Positions 25,415-36,179 are shown, numbered from the whole stretch's first letter. The stretch is 61,690 nucleotides of DNA, filler included, from Globobulimina sp. (GCA_003354225.1; 22 parts of 22 records of this genome joined end to end with filler, not necessarily neighbours in it), one strand, 5' to 3'. Translations and numbers: made by a program. The notes: a model not told the origin generated them from the sequence alone.

Positions 25415-26068
25415 TTATGTCTTTTTCTTTTTCTGTATGAACTTGACAATTGAAGGGGTTATAAACAATGTCAACGGTAATCTTATAACTTCGCAAACTT
25501 CCGTGATAATCAAAGCCACCGTTGCTTCCCCTAAAGAATGCGACAATGCATTGTTTAATCTTTCTTTTGCGAATGGAATGGTATTTGCAATGTTTGTAAT
25601 ATCCATAAATTTCCAATGAATGGCACAATAAAACATTCCGAACATTCCAAACCACAAAGACGTATATATTGCCATTCCAGTCGGCCCATATTGTTTAATT
25701 TGTGTTTTTAACTGTTTCCAATGATTAAATATTCCGTTTGCTGGTTTCGTTGAATCATTTATTTTGGATGGTTGCACTTGTGATGTATCATAATATATGC
25801 TTGATTTTGCGGGTCTTGGTGATGATGAATTGGATTCTTTTGATTTGGTGTTTTGATTTTCATTTGTTGGATTCACACAAAATTGATGCATACTATTTAG
25901 CAATATTGTATTATCAAAGCAACGATGCGTTTTGTTATTATACACGGTTGTTATTATAAAAGGTGATAGGAATTGAGTGTTCTGAGTATGTGTCATTGTT
26001 GACAATGCCCGTTTTGATGCATGACTGATAGTATGAGCATTTCGGAAACATGTTCCAACAAAAGACAT
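25415..26068 (-). CDS. FAM210/DUF1279-like mitochondrial membrane protein
   Basis: Presequence-like N-terminus; LKTQIKQYGPTGMAIY...FYCAI and IRLPLTLFITPSIV motifs. Confidence 0.8.
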   Translation of the reverse strand: MSFVGTCFRNAHTISHASKRALSTMTHTQNTQFLSPFIITTVYNNKTHRCFDNTILLNSMHQFCVNPTNENQNTKSKESNSSSPRPAKSSIYYDTSQVQPSKINDSTKPANGIFNHWKQLKTQIKQYGPTGMAIYTSLWFGMFGMFYCAIHWKFMDITNIANTIPFAKERLNNALSHSLGEATVALIITEVCEVIRLPLTLFITPSIVKFIQKKKKT

Positions 26069-26105
26069 GAGGCAGTTAGGTTTTCTGAGTTAGGTTTTCT
26101 ATACT

Positions 26106-27651
26106 TTACAAATTATTGTTTATCGCAGTCACAACACTTCTATCAATTTTATAATGCGGTCCATCCCTCAATATATTATTGGTAATAATGGCTTTCTTGG
26201 CGCCAGACTCAAGTTGTATTTGTGTCCCATTCTGCTGAAACTCGCAGGCCTCAACAATCAGATTTCCATTGTTTGCATATATCGCCGCAGCATCTTGTTT
26301 CTTTGGCAAATCCCATTGGACAAATTGCGAGGATTGGAAAGTTGTGGTGCTGTCACCATATAAACGAGCAATGTTTTGACTGGGACCTGGCACCAAAATC
26401 AATAGATATTTCATTTAAATTTCAAACAATGCAGAATCATACAACAAAACATACCCCAAAAGGACGAGGAAGAAATGACAACCGGTCCTTTGTTATTTTT
26501 ATTGACAATGATCTGCGCAGAGTTGAAGGTATTATTTGGCGCAAAGTCAGAGTTATGAAAGCTGGTAAACTCTCCATTTGTGATCAATAAGCCGGGAGCC
26601 TGAGATTGGTCCACTTGGATTGAACAATTGCAGGCGTAGTCGGCGCCAATCCCTAAGAAGTTGCCATTCATCGATCCGGTGCTGGTCTCTATGAAATGGT
26701 ACGCCACGGCATACGCAAAGGAGAATGTATTGAATACATATTCCCAGTCACTGCGGCCCAGAACAAAGGAGCGACCAAATTGCGTCTGCGTATACATATA
26801 ATTTATCTGCGTACAAAACCATGGATTGAAATGAATGTCCTCCATTCTGCCAATGTCATAGGTCTCATCCACATATATTCCAATATATAACGGCTGTCCT
26901 TGAATCCTGGCAATATAATGTCGGTGAGCCTTGACAGCCCAAATTCCAATGTAACTGTTTAATAATTCAACATCTCGGACGGCACTGTTTTGAGCATTCA
27001 TGTGAATGGATGGTGGATACGCCGTTGGTATGGTATTTGTGCATAGCTGTTCCGGGTAATATATCACCACACCTTTCAATGTCGCATCTTCCGTAATTGT
27101 CAAAAATGAGTCTGACACATCGGTTGAGCCACGACCATAATATGGCATTAACTTTGTTTTTATTTTTGTGGCATTGCATATTTATATTTATATATTAATA
27201 TATTACCAAACTACGGTGCCATCTGTTGGTGCCTTCGTATATAATATGTATTTAATTATTTTGTTGTTGTATTATTATACTTATATTTATACATAAATAC
27301 CGTTTTTGGAAACGAATGAGAAGGCACTGTGACATATGAACCGATTAATGAAACACCGGAAGGAATTGTCAGTTGAGCGCGGAACACATATCTGCCACTT
27401 GGCGCAAATACGATGGCGCCGCCTTCTTCTCTCGCCGCTGAAAAGGCAGAGGTGAATGCTGCGGAATCATCAGTGGTTCCATCGCCTTTAGCACCGAAAT
27501 CTAACACATTCAAAGTCATATTGACAGCAGCTGACAAAGTCACTGCATCGTATTTAATGTTGTCATAAGATTGTTGCAATCCAATTCGAGCAACTCTTTG
27601 AAATGCGTTGGCTATAAAAACAAAGCAAAGCAGGAAGCAAAACGTTAACAT
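26106..27651 (-). CDS. Secreted right-handed beta-helix carbohydrate-active enzyme (Pectate_lyase_3 / GH55/GH28-related); exons 27651-27301, 27232-27212, 27151-26455, 26386-26106
   Basis: Signal peptide and the NVLDFGAKGDGTTDDSAAFTSA...VFAPSGRY motif. Three GT-AG introns (68, 60, 68 nt) give a continuous frame. Confidence 0.85.
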
Positions 27652-28509
27652 TGTTGATTTGTGGAAAGATGAAAGTTTTTTTTTGAAATTAGCAGAATGA
27701 ACCACGGCCATGATATGCCATTAACTTTGTTTTTATAATTATGGTTCAAAACGTTTTGAAAAATTAGAAAATGGGGTTACATTTATTAAATGTATGTATT
27801 AAATAAAACCGCAGCTGATTAATGTGCTTCGATTATGTACGTGATTATGAGTATATTATTGTTATTAATATTTTTATACATTTTAGTTTTATACAAATTC
27901 ACTAGAGTTAGTGCATTTAAGTGAAAAGAAAGTAAAGTCACTAATTCAGTGCCATTTCATTCGTTCAGCAACGATATCAATGTTTTCAACTCAATTAAAA
28001 ANNNNNNNNNNNNNNNNNNNNNNNNNNNNNNNNNNNNNNNNNNNNTTAATTAATTAANNNNNNNNNNNNNNNNNNNNNNNNNNNNNNNNNNNNNNNNNNN
28101 NCATCGATCGCTATATGATCAGACGAAAGACGGTACGCATTTTGTATGTGATGTCGTTATTACTAAGATTCAACATATAATGCAAATGATTACAGAACAT
28201 AACGATAAGATATTTTGAAATCATTCCAAATTGTTTTTCCATCCACTTTGTCCAAAATGTGTCAAGATCTGCTCTGCAGAAATTTGTATGAAATGTAGTG
28301 CCAATACATTGATAATCGAATATTCTGCGAATAACGGATTATTCAATATTGTCAAATTTTTTCGCACACACTTACTTATTTGCGATATGTTTTCTGAGTG
28401 CACGACATTGTCAAATCTAGTAAGGTTTTTTCATGAATTTACTAAATAACTTTGAAGCATTTAAATTAACACAAACGTAAATTAATATAGCTGGTAGGGA
28501 AAAATGCTC

Positions 28510-29500
28510 CTAACGACGCCATTTGAAGGCAGTATAACCTACAACACATCCTACAGCAAACCCAACAACTAAAGATGTCAAATCACTCACCTTACGTTGA
28601 TGAGTACCATTAATTTGTTTGTCTGAGTCATTAACACGCTGATAATCACCATAATTATCATCACCTAACACGGTAACATACCATTTTCCATTGCTAGGAT
28701 TTCTTTGTACAATATTTATAGCACAATTCTTGCAATGAAATGTTCGATCTGCGAGGCAATTACGCACTAAAATGTCATTAAATATTACTTGCAAAACACC
28801 GCCATGACACACCACCAATACTCTCTTCCCATGATGTCTTGATGCTATTTCCGCTAAAAATCGAGTCGCTCGATTTGTAACATCCAACATACTTTCACCA
28901 TCACCGGGCGGTCTATACTCGATATTTGAATGCATTGTATCATATATTTTTGGTTTATTTTTTTTTATTTCATCCACTGTTATTCCTTGAAAATCACCAA
29001 AATGTCTCTCTATAATTCTATCATCATATTGTATCTCCAATTTGTCATTACAATTTTTAAATTGTTGTAAAATAATTTGAGCAGTGTGTTTAGCGCGTTT
29101 TAATGGGGACGCATAAAAAAAATCAATTTCCCGATCATTTTCATGTAACCAATTTAATTTTTTTCCCACTTTTAAAGCTCCACTTTTTCCAACCTCTGTC
29201 AGTTCGCTATTTCCCTGTCCCTGCAGTCTATGGGTCAAATTCCATTCGGTCTGGCCATGTCTGACTAATATGATCTCAGTGGTATTGGCATCTTCATGCA
29301 ATAAATCACTGTATGTTGCGTCTAATATACTTGACAATTTTGAAGGCCTTGAGACTTGCCGTAATTTTTCTGTTTGTTATTGATTGTGCTTTTATGCAAT
29401 GTATTGTATGATTATAGACAACAAAAGAAGCACCTTCCACCATCTTATTTTTATTTAGTAGTTCATAATTGTCTTTTTGAAGTTGTTCTAAAGAAGCCAT
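28510..29500 (-). CDS. Histidine phosphatase (phosphoglycerate mutase family) with C-terminal tail anchor; intron 29433-29370
   Basis: LVRHGQTEWN, SPLKRA, GES and VVCHGG motifs; hydrophobic C-terminus followed by KWRR. Confidence 0.92.
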
Positions 29501-29724
29501 GATAGTTTGAACTGAACGATATATTGATCGATATGTATACTAAGGGGGTTATATATCAAAACTCATCGTTAACTTACTTAGTTTGTTAACAGTTTACACT
29601 GCAAATAACATGTACAGCAGTGGTGTGATCCAGTAAAATGACGTCAAATTATGAGTGCAGATTGTATTTTGAAAAGCATAATATTTTTCTTTTGTAACGT
29701 ATAAAAATACATATAAGAAATAGA

Positions 29725-30810
29725 ATGTCAAGGAATAAGATCCAACGAGTTGATGCAGTCCAAGCAGAATTGGATGCCATTCAACGCCGTTTCCGTGATA
29801 TGGAGGCGAAACATCGTTTATCCAATGATGATAGCATTCAAACCATCCGCATGCAGCGTACAAAGATCGACAAATTGAAGACTGACAATGACAGATTAAA
29901 GGAAGAATTAGCTTTAGAGACAAGACAAGCAAAAATGTCATTGACTTCGGAGAGTGGCGGTGTTGGACCAACCACAAACATGAGAAACAATAATAATTTA
30001 TCATCCATTCAAGAATCGGGCGAAATATATCTTCGTAAAATTGAGATTGAAAAAAAGCGAATTTCCGAATTAGATTCACAAATTAAAAAAATGGAAGAAT
30101 CGATACTTCAGCAAAGGTCGGATATGGGCGGAATTAATGCAAACCGCGAAACCAGTAAAACCATACAAAAAAATATCAGAATGTTAGAAAATCGGTTGGA
30201 TAAAGCGTTGGTAAAATACAATGAGGCATTAGGACATAATAAAAAATTAAGAACAAATATTGATAACTTAAGGCGAGAACGAATTGTCTTTGATGGGATT
30301 TATAAAAAATTAGAAAACGATTTATTAACAATCAAAAACGAAATGGCATCGATTATATCTGAAGCAAATCAAGCATATATTTCAAGAGATTATGCGCAAA
30401 AAGAAATGTTACGATTAAAATGCGACGCTGACAGTGAACAGAAACAATTTGAAGGCGAATGGAAAGAATTAACCAAATTAATAGATCAAGATAACAAAAT
30501 TAAAGATTCGTTGATAAATAAAGATCGCGAGAACATGAATGATGCGGTGGTTACATCTGTGTTGGAGCAAGAACAGAATTTAAGGAAAAAACTCTCGAAA
30601 GGCACGTGGCAAATTGTTAAAGATAAGGCGCATATTCATATGGCTCAGGAAAAGGTCAAAGTATACAAAGAATCTTTCGATAAAATAAGTAATGCGACAA
30701 AGATAACTGACATTGATATTTTAGTGAATACATTTATTTCGTCGGAACAGGCCAATTTTAAATTGTTTAATCAAGTGAATAAATTAAGCAATGAGTTGGA
30801 AAGAAATGAG
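29725..30810 (+). CDS. ODA1: Outer dynein arm docking complex subunit DC2 (ODA1/CCDC114/CCDC63 family), 3'-truncated
   Basis: Coiled coil with MGGINA, IRMLENRLDKALVKYNEAL and LRTNIDNLRRERIVFDGIYKKLE. Confidence 0.88.
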
Positions 30811-30910
30811 NNNNNNNNNNNNNNNNNNNNNNNNNNNNNNNNNNNNNNNNNNNNTTAATTAATTAANNNNNNNNNNNNNNNNNNNNNNNNNNNNNNNNNN
30901 NNNNNNNNNN

Positions 30911-30951
30911 GTTGAACTGAACCGCTCCGCGGTAGTTTTTTTCCGTTAGAC
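30911..30951 (+). other. Right half of an attC-like recombination site (truncated by contig start)
   Basis: Hairpin AACT-GA-ACCGC-TCC-GCGGT-AGTT with bulged bases, followed by the GTTRRRY core GTTAGAC (30945-30951). Confidence 0.6.
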
Positions 30952-31048
30952 ATCCAAAAAACTCCAGCCATCATCTCCTATTTACTACCCTTGTAAAAAA
31001 ATATAGTTTACCTCCAATGTAACCATTATTTATTAACCATTTTTAACA

Positions 31049-31055
31049 AAGGAGG
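31049..31055 (+). promoter_or_regulatory. Shine-Dalgarno site
   Basis: AAGGAGG six nt upstream of ATG 31062. Confidence 0.85.
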
Positions 31056-31061
31056 CAAACT

Positions 31062-31934
31062 ATGTCAGAATTACGTACCAGAATGATCAGAGACATGCAA
31101 CTGAGGAACTTTGCACTATCCACTCAAGAGGCTTATCTCAGAGCTGTAAGAAATTTAGCACGGCATTATCGCAAATCACCTGATCAGATTACCCAGCATG
31201 AGGTTGAAGACTATCTTTTATACCTCAAGCATGACCGAAAGGTGAGCTGGAACACATGCAATGTTGCTGTATGCGGCCTGAAGTTTTTCTACAATGTCAC
31301 ACTGGAAAACAAAGCCATAGCTCTGGAACTGCCGCCGGCAAAAACACGTAAAACCCTTCCGGAGATATTAAGCAAAAAGGAAGTAAAGAAAATCATCAAT
31401 TCAGCAAATAACCTTAAACACCGTATTGTCTTGATGACAACCTATTCAGCAGGGCTTCGGGTAAGTGAAGTAGTCCGGTTGAGACCCGAGCATATCAACA
31501 GTGAGCGGATGATGATCCGGATTGTTCAGGGTAAAGGCAATAAAGACAGGTATACGGTTCTGGCGGAATCGCTTTTAGAAGAGCTCCGTCAATACTGGCA
31601 GAAGTGCCGTCCCCGCATCTGGCTGTTTCCATCAAAAATTACCGGCCGTCATATAACCATCCGAACTGCTCAGAGGATTTATGAGATTGCAAAACAGAAT
31701 GCTGGAATAACAAAAGGCAGCGGTATTCATACGCTCAGGCATTGTTTTGCAACCCATCTTCTTGATGCCGGATATGACATCCGTAAGATCCAGATTCTTT
31801 TAGGGCATCGCTGGTTAGCCACCACAATGAGGTATCTGCATGTGACCCAAAAGTCCATTTCGTTGGTGAAAAGTCCCCTTGATTCCCACAGACGCACAAT
31901 TTCAAAGGGGGATACCGATGACACAGATAATTAA
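31062..31934 (+). CDS. Tyrosine recombinase (phage integrase N-terminal SAM-like domain plus catalytic domain)
   Basis: Complete R-K-H-R-H-Y set: AGLRVSE, GKGNKDR, HTLRH, LLGH, TTMRY. Confidence 0.95.
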   Translation: MSELRTRMIRDMQLRNFALSTQEAYLRAVRNLARHYRKSPDQITQHEVEDYLLYLKHDRKVSWNTCNVAVCGLKFFYNVTLENKAIALELPPAKTRKTLPEILSKKEVKKIINSANNLKHRIVLMTTYSAGLRVSEVVRLRPEHINSERMMIRIVQGKGNKDRYTVLAESLLEELRQYWQKCRPRIWLFPSKITGRHITIRTAQRIYEIAKQNAGITKGSGIHTLRHCFATHLLDAGYDIRKIQILLGHRWLATTMRYLHVTQKSISLVKSPLDSHRRTISKGDTDDTDN

Positions 31935-33156
31935 TTTTGAGGCATACAAGAAGCCCACTATCGAAGTAGCTGATATTCTGCGGGAACACATTGTGGATTA
32001 TCAGAAGCAATACAGGATGCCGCCGGAACACCACAAAGTGGTGTATGATATTCTAAGCTGCCGCACCCCTTACCTTGGCGGGCATGTTGAAAGGTGTGAT
32101 ACCTGCGGAACTGAACGCCATGCCTATAATTCCTGTCGCAATCGCCACTGTCCCAAATGTCAGGTGTTGACAAAAGAACGATGGCTTGAGGCACGCAAGG
32201 CGGAACTGTTGCCGGTGTTGTATTTTCATAATGTGTTTACTTTGCCCCATGAACTCAATCCGGTTATCCTGTGCAACAAAAAAGTAATGCTGAGTATTCT
32301 TTTTAAATCCGTATCCGCAACCCTTCTTGCGTTTGGAAAAAATCCAGAGAACGGCCTTGGCGGCAGACTGGGTTTTATTGCCTTTCTGCACACCTGGGAC
32401 CAGAAGCTTAACGCCCATTTTCATCTGCACTGTCTGGTTCCGGGCGGCGCTTTTAAGCCGGATGAAAATCAGTGGATTTCATGTGAAAACGGCTATCTGT
32501 TTCCGGAAGCGGCTTTATCAAAAGTATTTCGCGGAAAGTTCATGGAATATTTGAATCAGGCGTTTGACGATGAGGAGCTGATTTTTCCGGGCAGTATTGA
32601 AAAAGACGGTACACCAAACGGGTTTAAGAAACTTGTCAATCAGCTATGGTCCAAAAAATGGCTGGTACATATTGAAGATCCCATAGACAGGCCGGAACAT
32701 GTTCTTGAGTATGTGGGCCGCTATACGCACCGTGTGGCCATATCCAATAATCGAATTGTTTCCCTTGAAAACGGCAACGTCACATTTACTTACAAAAATC
32801 GTGAGACCGGTAAAACAGAAAAAGAAATCATTGATGCTGTTGAATTTATCAGGCGGTTTTTACTGCATAGTCTTCCAAAGGGATTCATGCGCATCCGGCA
32901 TTACGGCTTTCTGGCCAATCGCTGCAAAAGGGACAATATCAGAAGATGCCGGAAGTTGCTGGGAATGTCACCTGATCTTCCTGTTGCAGTGGAAAAAACA
33001 GTTCAGGAAATGATGTTTCTGCTTACAGGCAATGATATTACAAAATGCCCATGCTGCAAAAAGGGAACAATGAGAAAGATTGCAGAAATTCCGGAGATGA
33101 CGGGACAAAATCCGTTTGACCTTATTCATTCTCCGGAATTGCGCAATACAGGATGA
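31918..33156 (+). CDS. IS91-family Y2 HUH (rolling-circle) transposase with N-terminal Zn-binding domain
   Basis: CDTC...NSCRNRHCPKC, HNVFTLP, HTW, HFHLH (HUH), YVGRY (YxxxY) and a C-terminal CPCC. ATG 31918 has an AAGGGGG SD and overlaps the recombinase by 17 nt. Confidence 0.95.
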   Translation: MTQIINFEAYKKPTIEVADILREHIVDYQKQYRMPPEHHKVVYDILSCRTPYLGGHVERCDTCGTERHAYNSCRNRHCPKCQVLTKERWLEARKAELLPVLYFHNVFTLPHELNPVILCNKKVMLSILFKSVSATLLAFGKNPENGLGGRLGFIAFLHTWDQKLNAHFHLHCLVPGGAFKPDENQWISCENGYLFPEAALSKVFRGKFMEYLNQAFDDEELIFPGSIEKDGTPNGFKKLVNQLWSKKWLVHIEDPIDRPEHVLEYVGRYTHRVAISNNRIVSLENGNVTFTYKNRETGKTEKEIIDAVEFIRRFLLHSLPKGFMRIRHYGFLANRCKRDNIRRCRKLLGMSPDLPVAVEKTVQEMMFLLTGNDITKCPCCKKGTMRKIAEIPEMTGQNPFDLIHSPELRNTG

Positions 33157-33490
33157 CATTCGTTATTGTTTTCGTTTTAACGTATCCTGTCCGGCAGTGA
33201 TGGTTTCATTTTCTATGAAGCAGTCACTTTCGGACAGGTGTTTTGTGTGATTTTCAAAAAGCTCTGTTGAGAGTGATTGGATCAGTGCGCCAAAAGCGCG
33301 GTATTTTAGAGAAAATTGAGCAACACAATTAACAGAATGGCAAATAAACCCGAGTTAAAAATGACATTTGAAGCAAAATAACGGTTGTTTTTAAAACGAC
33401 ACCCCGTTTAACCATAATAAAATGGAAGAAACAGCTCTTTACAATCCCCATATATACTGATAAGCAACAAATCAGCGTTGTTACGGCTCC

Positions 33491-33619
33491 GTCCAACGGC
33501 ATTTTATCCATCATCCCGCTGAGGGATAACAAAATAATTTAAAATCAAAAATCGAAAAACTGGCTGGGCCGTATTTGTATTTATGTTGTGCGGGACGACG
33601 GATAAAATACTAAACGTTA
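33491..33619 (+). other. attC-like long imperfect palindrome (last bases lost at contig end)
   Basis: RYYYAAC core GTCCAAC, arms ATTTTATCC-A-TC-A-TCCCGC / GCGGGA-C-GA-C-GGATAAAT-type complement (33590-33608), ending CGTTA. Confidence 0.7.
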
Positions 33620-33823
33620 NNNNNNNNNNNNNNNNNNNNNNNNNNNNNNNNNNNNNNNNNNNNTTAATTAATTAANNNNNNNNNNNNNNNNNNNNNNNNN
33701 NNNNNNNNNNNNNNNNNNNATGTTACTGCGCGGTTTATACCATCAAATAATATATGTTACAATCTCAGTGATGAACTGCACAAGATTACCCATCCTTTCA
33801 GTGATGCGATAAACGCTATTGAG

Positions 33824-35214
33824 GGGACCATGAAGATCATTGGAGCGCAGATTTCAGAGACTTTATCACGTGCTGCACCATCAAGAACCCATTGCAACGG
33901 CCCACGGCCAAACAGTTGCGACACCATAAATGGATCAAACAAGCCGGAAATATGAGCATATTACAAAACTGGGTGCGCCAAGCCATGCCTTTATTGGACC
34001 AATGGCGGCAACAACAACGCGATCTGGAACTCGGCGTATCGCCCTCATTGACGCCAATGCCGGCACCGCACGCCGACGACACGCAGGCCGATGGCAACGG
34101 CGATGCAGACGAAGCATACGATGCCAGCACCATGATCTCACCCAATGAGGAGGATACGATGGATGATAATTACGACCCCTTTGATGGCAATACCATGATA
34201 TTAGACCATGGGGATAACGGTGTCAATAAGGATGACAATTACGACCCGGACGAGTATGACCCGACGGCGGAGTATGACTCTCAAGACGGCTACGAATATG
34301 ACGGCAATACCATGGTGAACGAGTACGACGATAACACCATGGTGTTTGACGAGGATATGGTGGATAATGTCGACTCGCAGTACGCGCAGTATATGCAGGA
34401 GAAGATCAAAGAGGACAATAAGCCGAAATATGCGGCCCAAACGCAGGTGAATGTGAATGGCAATGTCAACCCAAAGGCAAAGAGGAAATACAGCCACCCC
34501 ATGCCGCAGATACATGTGGCGACCAACGGGTACATGCCCGCGGGCTACGCGCCGCAGATAAGTGTGTCGGTGACGAATATCAACAATATCGTGGCCGCGT
34601 CGGTGAACACGAGCCAGCACAGCGTGCCCTCGCAGCATATTGTAAACAACAACGGCTTTATGAGCAATGATGGAAAGAGCACTGTGATCAATCAGCAGTA
34701 TAACAATCAAACGGTGTACAACATCATACCCAAAAAAAGACGAGAATCGCAGCACAAAGCAAAGAAATCCTTTGCTCAGTTTGCCAAGAAACCGCTGCCG
34801 CCGCCGCAATATGTTGGTGGTGGAGGTGGCGGCTATCGGCATGGCAAAAAATTGTCGTCGGGTCGGACTTCGCCGAGGAAAATAAATCGGACTTTTACGA
34901 AGCCGACGTGGGGGAATTCGAAGGTGACTCATAATAAGAAAAATAGCAAGCAATCGAAATCTGTGTATAAAGCAATCGAGACGCCATTGGAAGCGGTGAA
35001 GGAAAATAAAAATAACGGTCGCGCGCTTGGGTCGTTATTTGAGAGTAATGATTTGTTGAAAGTTAATTTTGCAGTTCCTCGGAATGCATCGAAACAGGAA
35101 ATACAGAAATTGAGAGAGAAAGTGAATAATTTGTATGATAATGATGTGGTGGCATTGGAAACTTTCTATGACGATCAGTTAAGAATATTGGATGATAAAT
35201 TAGCTCAAATGTGA
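33824..35214 (+). CDS. C-terminal part of a STE20/MST-type Ser/Thr kinase with a long low-complexity linker and SARAH-like terminal helix
   Basis: The frame upstream of the listed ORF reads WSADFRDFITCCTIKNPLQRPTAKQLRHHKWI (kinase subdomain XI). The C-terminus is EIQKLREKVNNLYDNDVVALETFYDDQLRILDDKL. Confidence 0.75.
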
Positions 35215-35532
35215 TATTTTTGTTTTAAAATGATTTTTTAAGAATTTTTTAAGGTGTTTATATTGTTGTACTTTTTTGTCTGTTTTATTGTACTCCATTC
35301 GTTGATCTTTTTTATATATCAATATATATTGAGGAAGAAAACTGTAATTATTTATTTTGTCACTTTTATTGTCTTATTTTGTTTTTGTGAGTGGATGTGA
35401 TGGATCCTCTCATCCTTTGTTTTTATTGTTTTCTTTCAGTTTGTGATTTTGTTTATTAATTTGACATTTATCATTTGATTGATTTCTTAAAGTTTTGAAG
35501 AAAGTTTTTGAAGTAATTATTACTTTTGAACC

Positions 35533-36159
35533 ATGGAGCTTACTTTGAAAAATATTTTTTTGTTGCTCTGGAGTTTGCTGTCAGGATATGGAATTATATT
35601 CGCTGTTTTATCTTTTTGTTACGAGTTATTCGGAATAGATTCAAGTTTATCCATCAAACTTAAAGGAATTCTTGCGATTTTAATAGGATTTACTATTGGA
35701 AGTATGCATTTTTATATTACAACAATGAATGGTTTAGAAAATATATTATCAAAAAACGAAAATGTATCGACATCCATGGAAGTTACACAGTTAATGTCAT
35801 CGATTGCAGGTCGAATTGAAAATGAGTTATCTGATATTGACACTGATGTGGAAGAAAAAGAAGCATTGTTAACAAAAGATAAAGACGAGGAGAGGTTAAA
35901 TAAAACAGATCAAACCATCTCATTACCTCCAAAAATAGACAAAGCTTTGGATGTTCCAGTTATTGAATTGGTTAAATCGAAAAATAAGAAGCTAAGCAAA
36001 TGGCAAAGATATCCATCGCCAAGTGAATGTTATAAATTTTTCGAAGAAGCAAACCTTACGCCGCCGAGATTTTTATTACCAGCAAGTGACGGTAGGCACA
36101 TACCGCCGCATATTGTTGCTCTAAAATTCGTTTCTAAATATAATAAAAAAACTAAGTAA
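35533..36159 (+). CDS. Hypothetical protein with two N-terminal TM helices
   Basis: 208-aa ATG ORF. Confidence 0.6.
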   Translation: MELTLKNIFLLLWSLLSGYGIIFAVLSFCYELFGIDSSLSIKLKGILAILIGFTIGSMHFYITTMNGLENILSKNENVSTSMEVTQLMSSIAGRIENELSDIDTDVEEKEALLTKDKDEERLNKTDQTISLPPKIDKALDVPVIELVKSKNKKLSKWQRYPSPSECYKFFEEANLTPPRFLLPASDGRHIPPHIVALKFVSKYNKKTK

Positions 36160-36179
36160 AGTAAAATCAAACTTGCATC

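Larger units (their letters stand above)
30945..33619 (+). mobile_element. Bacterial two-gene element: tyrosine recombinase plus IS91-family transposase, bounded by attC-like sites
   Basis: Intronless overlapping genes with Shine-Dalgarno sites and a more GC-balanced composition. GTTAGAC core at the left; GTCCAAC...GTTA hairpin at the right. Confidence 0.85.

Noticed and set aside
31062-31934. Integron integrase intI
   Set aside because: It appears to lack the IntI-specific insertion, lies co-oriented inside the att-bounded unit and is coupled to a transposase.
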